Shown here: positions 61,578 through 64,000 of the stretch, in pieces
Position numbering within the stretch: position 1 is the stretch's first letter
How the letters are laid out: every line of letters begins with the position of its first letter
NCBI RefSeq assembly: GCF_020745735.1
Contig: NC_083435.1
Location: forward strand, 39,581,090 to 39,645,089
Direction of reading: 5' to 3'
Origin: Hemiscyllium ocellatum
Taxonomy: Eukaryota
DNA: 64,000 bases
Notes under the pieces: generated by a model
What the model was told of the DNA's origin: nothing
The model's input: only the letters and a program-made list of their open reading frames with translations
Database searches by the model: none
Made by a program: the position numbers and the translations under genes

Positions 61578-63293
61578 GCTGCAAATGTGTTGCTGGTCAA
61601 AGCACAGCAGGCCAGGCAGCATCTCAGGAATAGAGAATTCGACGTTTCGAGCATAAGCCCTTCATCAGGAATAAGAGAGAGAGCCAAGCAGGCTAAGATA
61701 AAAGGTAGGGAGGAGGGACTAGGGGGAGGGGCGATGGAGGTGGGATAGGTGGAAGGAGGTCAAGGTGAGGGTGATAGGCCGGAGTGGGGTGGGGGCGGAG
61801 AGGTCAGGAAGAGGATTGCAGGTTAGGAGGGCGGTGCTGAGTTGAGGGAACCGACTGAGACAAGGTGGGGGGAGGGGAAATGAGGAAACTGGAGAAATCT
61901 GAATTCATACCTTGTGGTTGGAGGGTTCCCAGGCAGAAGATGAGGCGCTCCTCCTCCAGCCGTCGTGTTGTTGTGTTCTGCCGGTGGAGGAGTCCAAGGA
62001 CCTGCATGTCCTCGGTGGAGTGGGAGGGGGAGTTAAAGTGTTGAGCCACGGGGTGATTGGGTTGGTTGGTTCGGGCGGCCCGGAGGTGTTCTCTGAAGCG
62101 TTCCGCAAGTAAGCGGCCTGTCTCACCAATATAGAGGAGGCCACATCGGGTGCAGCGGATGCAATAGATGATGTGTGTGGAGGTACAGGTGAACTTGTGG
62201 CGGATATGGAAGGATCCCTTGGGGCCTTGGAGGGATGTGAGTGTGGAGGTGTGGGCACAAGTTTTACATTTCCTGCGGTTGCAGGGGAAGGTGCCGGGGG
62301 TGGAGGTTGGGTTGGTGGGGGGGTGTGGATCTGACGAGGGAGTCACGAAGGGAGTGGTCCTTGCGGAACGCTGATAGGGGAGGGGAGGGAAATATATCCT
62401 TGGTGGTGGGGTCCGTTTGGAGGTGGCGGAAATGGCGGCGGATGATACGTTGTATGCGGAGGTTGGTGGGGTGGTAGGTGAGAACCAGTGGGGTTCTGTC
62501 TTGGTGGCGGTTGGAGGAGCGGGGCTCAAGGGCAGAGGAGCGGGAAGTGGAGGAGATGCGGTGGAGGGCATCGTCGATCACGTCTGGGGGGAATCTGCGG
62601 TCCTTGAAGAAGGAGGCCATCTGGGCTGTGCGGTGTTGGAATTGGTCCTCCTGGGAGCAGATGCGGTGGAGACGAAGGAATTGGGAATATGGGATGGCGT
62701 TTTTACAGGGGGCAGGGTGGGAGGAGGTGTAGTCCAGGTAGCTGTGGGAGTCAGTCGGTTTATAATAGATGTCTGTGTTGAGTCGGTCGCCCGAGATAGA
62801 AATGGAAAGGTCTAGGAAGGGGAGGGAGGAGTCTGAGACAGTCCAGGTGAATTTCAGGTCGGGATGGAAGGTGTTAGTAAAGTTGATGAACTGTTCAACC
62901 TCCTCGTGGGAGCACGAGGCAGCGCCGATACAGTCATCGATGTAGCGGAGGAAAAGGTGGGGGGTGGTGCCAGTGTAGTTGCGGAAGATGGACTGTTCCA
63001 CATATCCTACGAAGAGGCAGGCATAGCTGGGGCCCATGCGGGTGCCCATGGCAACTCCTTTAGTTTGGAGGAAGTGGGAGGATTGAAAAGAGAAGTTATT
63101 CAGGGTGAGGACCAGTTCAGTCAGTCGAAGGAGGGTGTCAGTGGAAGGGTACTGGTTGGTGCGGCGGGAAAGGAAGAAGCGGAGGGCTTTGAGTCCTTCG
63201 TGATGGGGGATGGAGGTGTACAGGGACTGGATGTCCATAGTGAAAATAAGGCGTTGGGGACCGGGGAAGCGAAAATCCTGGAGGAGGTGGAGG
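61578..63293 (-). mobile_element. Young 5'-truncated Penelope-like element (RT + GIY-YIG) with hammerhead at 61637-61672
   Basis: MDIQSLYTSI, GVAMGTRMGPSYA, RYIDD; IIYCIRCTRCGLLYIGETGR..ERFREH; single frameshift near a C-run at ~62310-62325; 17-bp TSD gcttctagattaatact at 61561-61577 and 63294-63310. Confidence 0.93.
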
Positions 63294-63459
63294 GCTTCTA
63301 GATTAATACTCTGGCGATTATACTGCGAGGCTATTGCATTTGAGAGGCTGGATATCTGAAATGGATACATTTCATGGGGGTGAGATGTTCTTTGGAGAGT
63401 TGGGGTGGACTCGATGGTTCAGATGGCCTCTTCTACACTGTTGGGATTCTCTGAAGTTA

Positions 63460-63545
63460 TAAATCACAGTACCAGGTTATAGTCCAACAGGTTTATTTGG
63501 AAACACTGGCTTCCGGAGCACGCACATTCGTCAGGTAGCTGGTGG
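63460..63545 (-). mobile_element. Penelope pseudo-LTR fragment of the 34960-type family
   Basis: accaggttatagtccaacaggtttatttggaa is the reverse complement of that family's 3' end. Confidence 0.7.
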
Positions 63546-63689
63546 GGCAGGATCATAGGATACAGAATTTATAGTAAAAGATTGAAGTGTCATACAACTG
63601 ATGCGATGTATTGAACAAACTTAGGTTGCTGCTTTAATCACTCAGAATGGGGATGTAAATGTAAATTTAATGATTGAGAGGCTGAGATC

Positions 63690-64000
63690 CCTGGTCCCGC
63701 CACCAGAGGCCGCCATTTCCAGGTGCGCGCCTGCAGGTCCAGCACTGTCCACGTGACGGTCGCGCGCTCTCAGGTTCGAATTCCCAAGCGCCGGTTGCCA
63801 ACTGTCAGTTGTGCGGTTAACAACTACAACTACCGCCAGGCACCGCGGGCTGTGGCTCCCCTAACTCCATACCTTCACCCCTCACTACGCAGGCGCAATG
63901 CCCACATGCAGCATGGGTAATGTAGTTCGGAGCGGGGTTGTGGGCGGTTTGGATGAGTTGAGCTGAGTCCCTGAGGGGGTTTTAAACAACCTCAGTGAAG
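63690..64000. promoter_or_regulatory. CpG-rich candidate promoter, inverted paralogue of 33640-33860
   Basis: SBS-like motifs at 63823-63848 and 63907-63926 (minus), YY1-like GCCGCCATTT and CTCF-like CCACCAGAGGCCGC at ~63697-63720. Confidence 0.7.

Noticed and set aside
63294-63370. N-terminus of the 368-aa ORF as the Penelope start
   Set aside because: Lies in the TSD and flanking DNA; the element is 5'-truncated

Overview
Vertebrate genomic DNA, almost certainly a shark or other cartilaginous fish (HE1-type tRNA SINEs, HER1/CR1 LINEs). The window is part of a tandem cluster of C2H2 zinc-finger genes. Five arrays are visible: 2-421 (partial), 15903-16670, 27291-28571 (minus), 40932-42143 and 51154-52257. 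There is also a minus-strand ZNF relic, and the four complete proteins have no KRAB or other effector domain. The rest is TE-rich: CR1, L2-like, L1/Tx1, Penelope-like elements (PLEs), a Gypsy relic and an ERV-like relic. Main observation: each complete ZNF gene has an upstream cassette of about 400-600 bp (predicted 45-nt exon, 229-nt intron, 39-nt exon). The intron is about 99% identical between paralogues, while their finger arrays and other introns are much more diverged. Two genes also share a ~98% identical Gypsy-derived 3' block. The predicted spliced leader contains stacked uORFs, a frame-preserved cryptic ORF and a candidate hairpin, and only two ZNF143/NRF1-type CpG promoters are apparent in the window. 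Separately, three PLE families carry minimal hammerhead ribozymes, and several short palindromic PLE derivatives are centred on the ribozyme and have long TSDs. All alignments and counts were done by eye; splice models are predictions.
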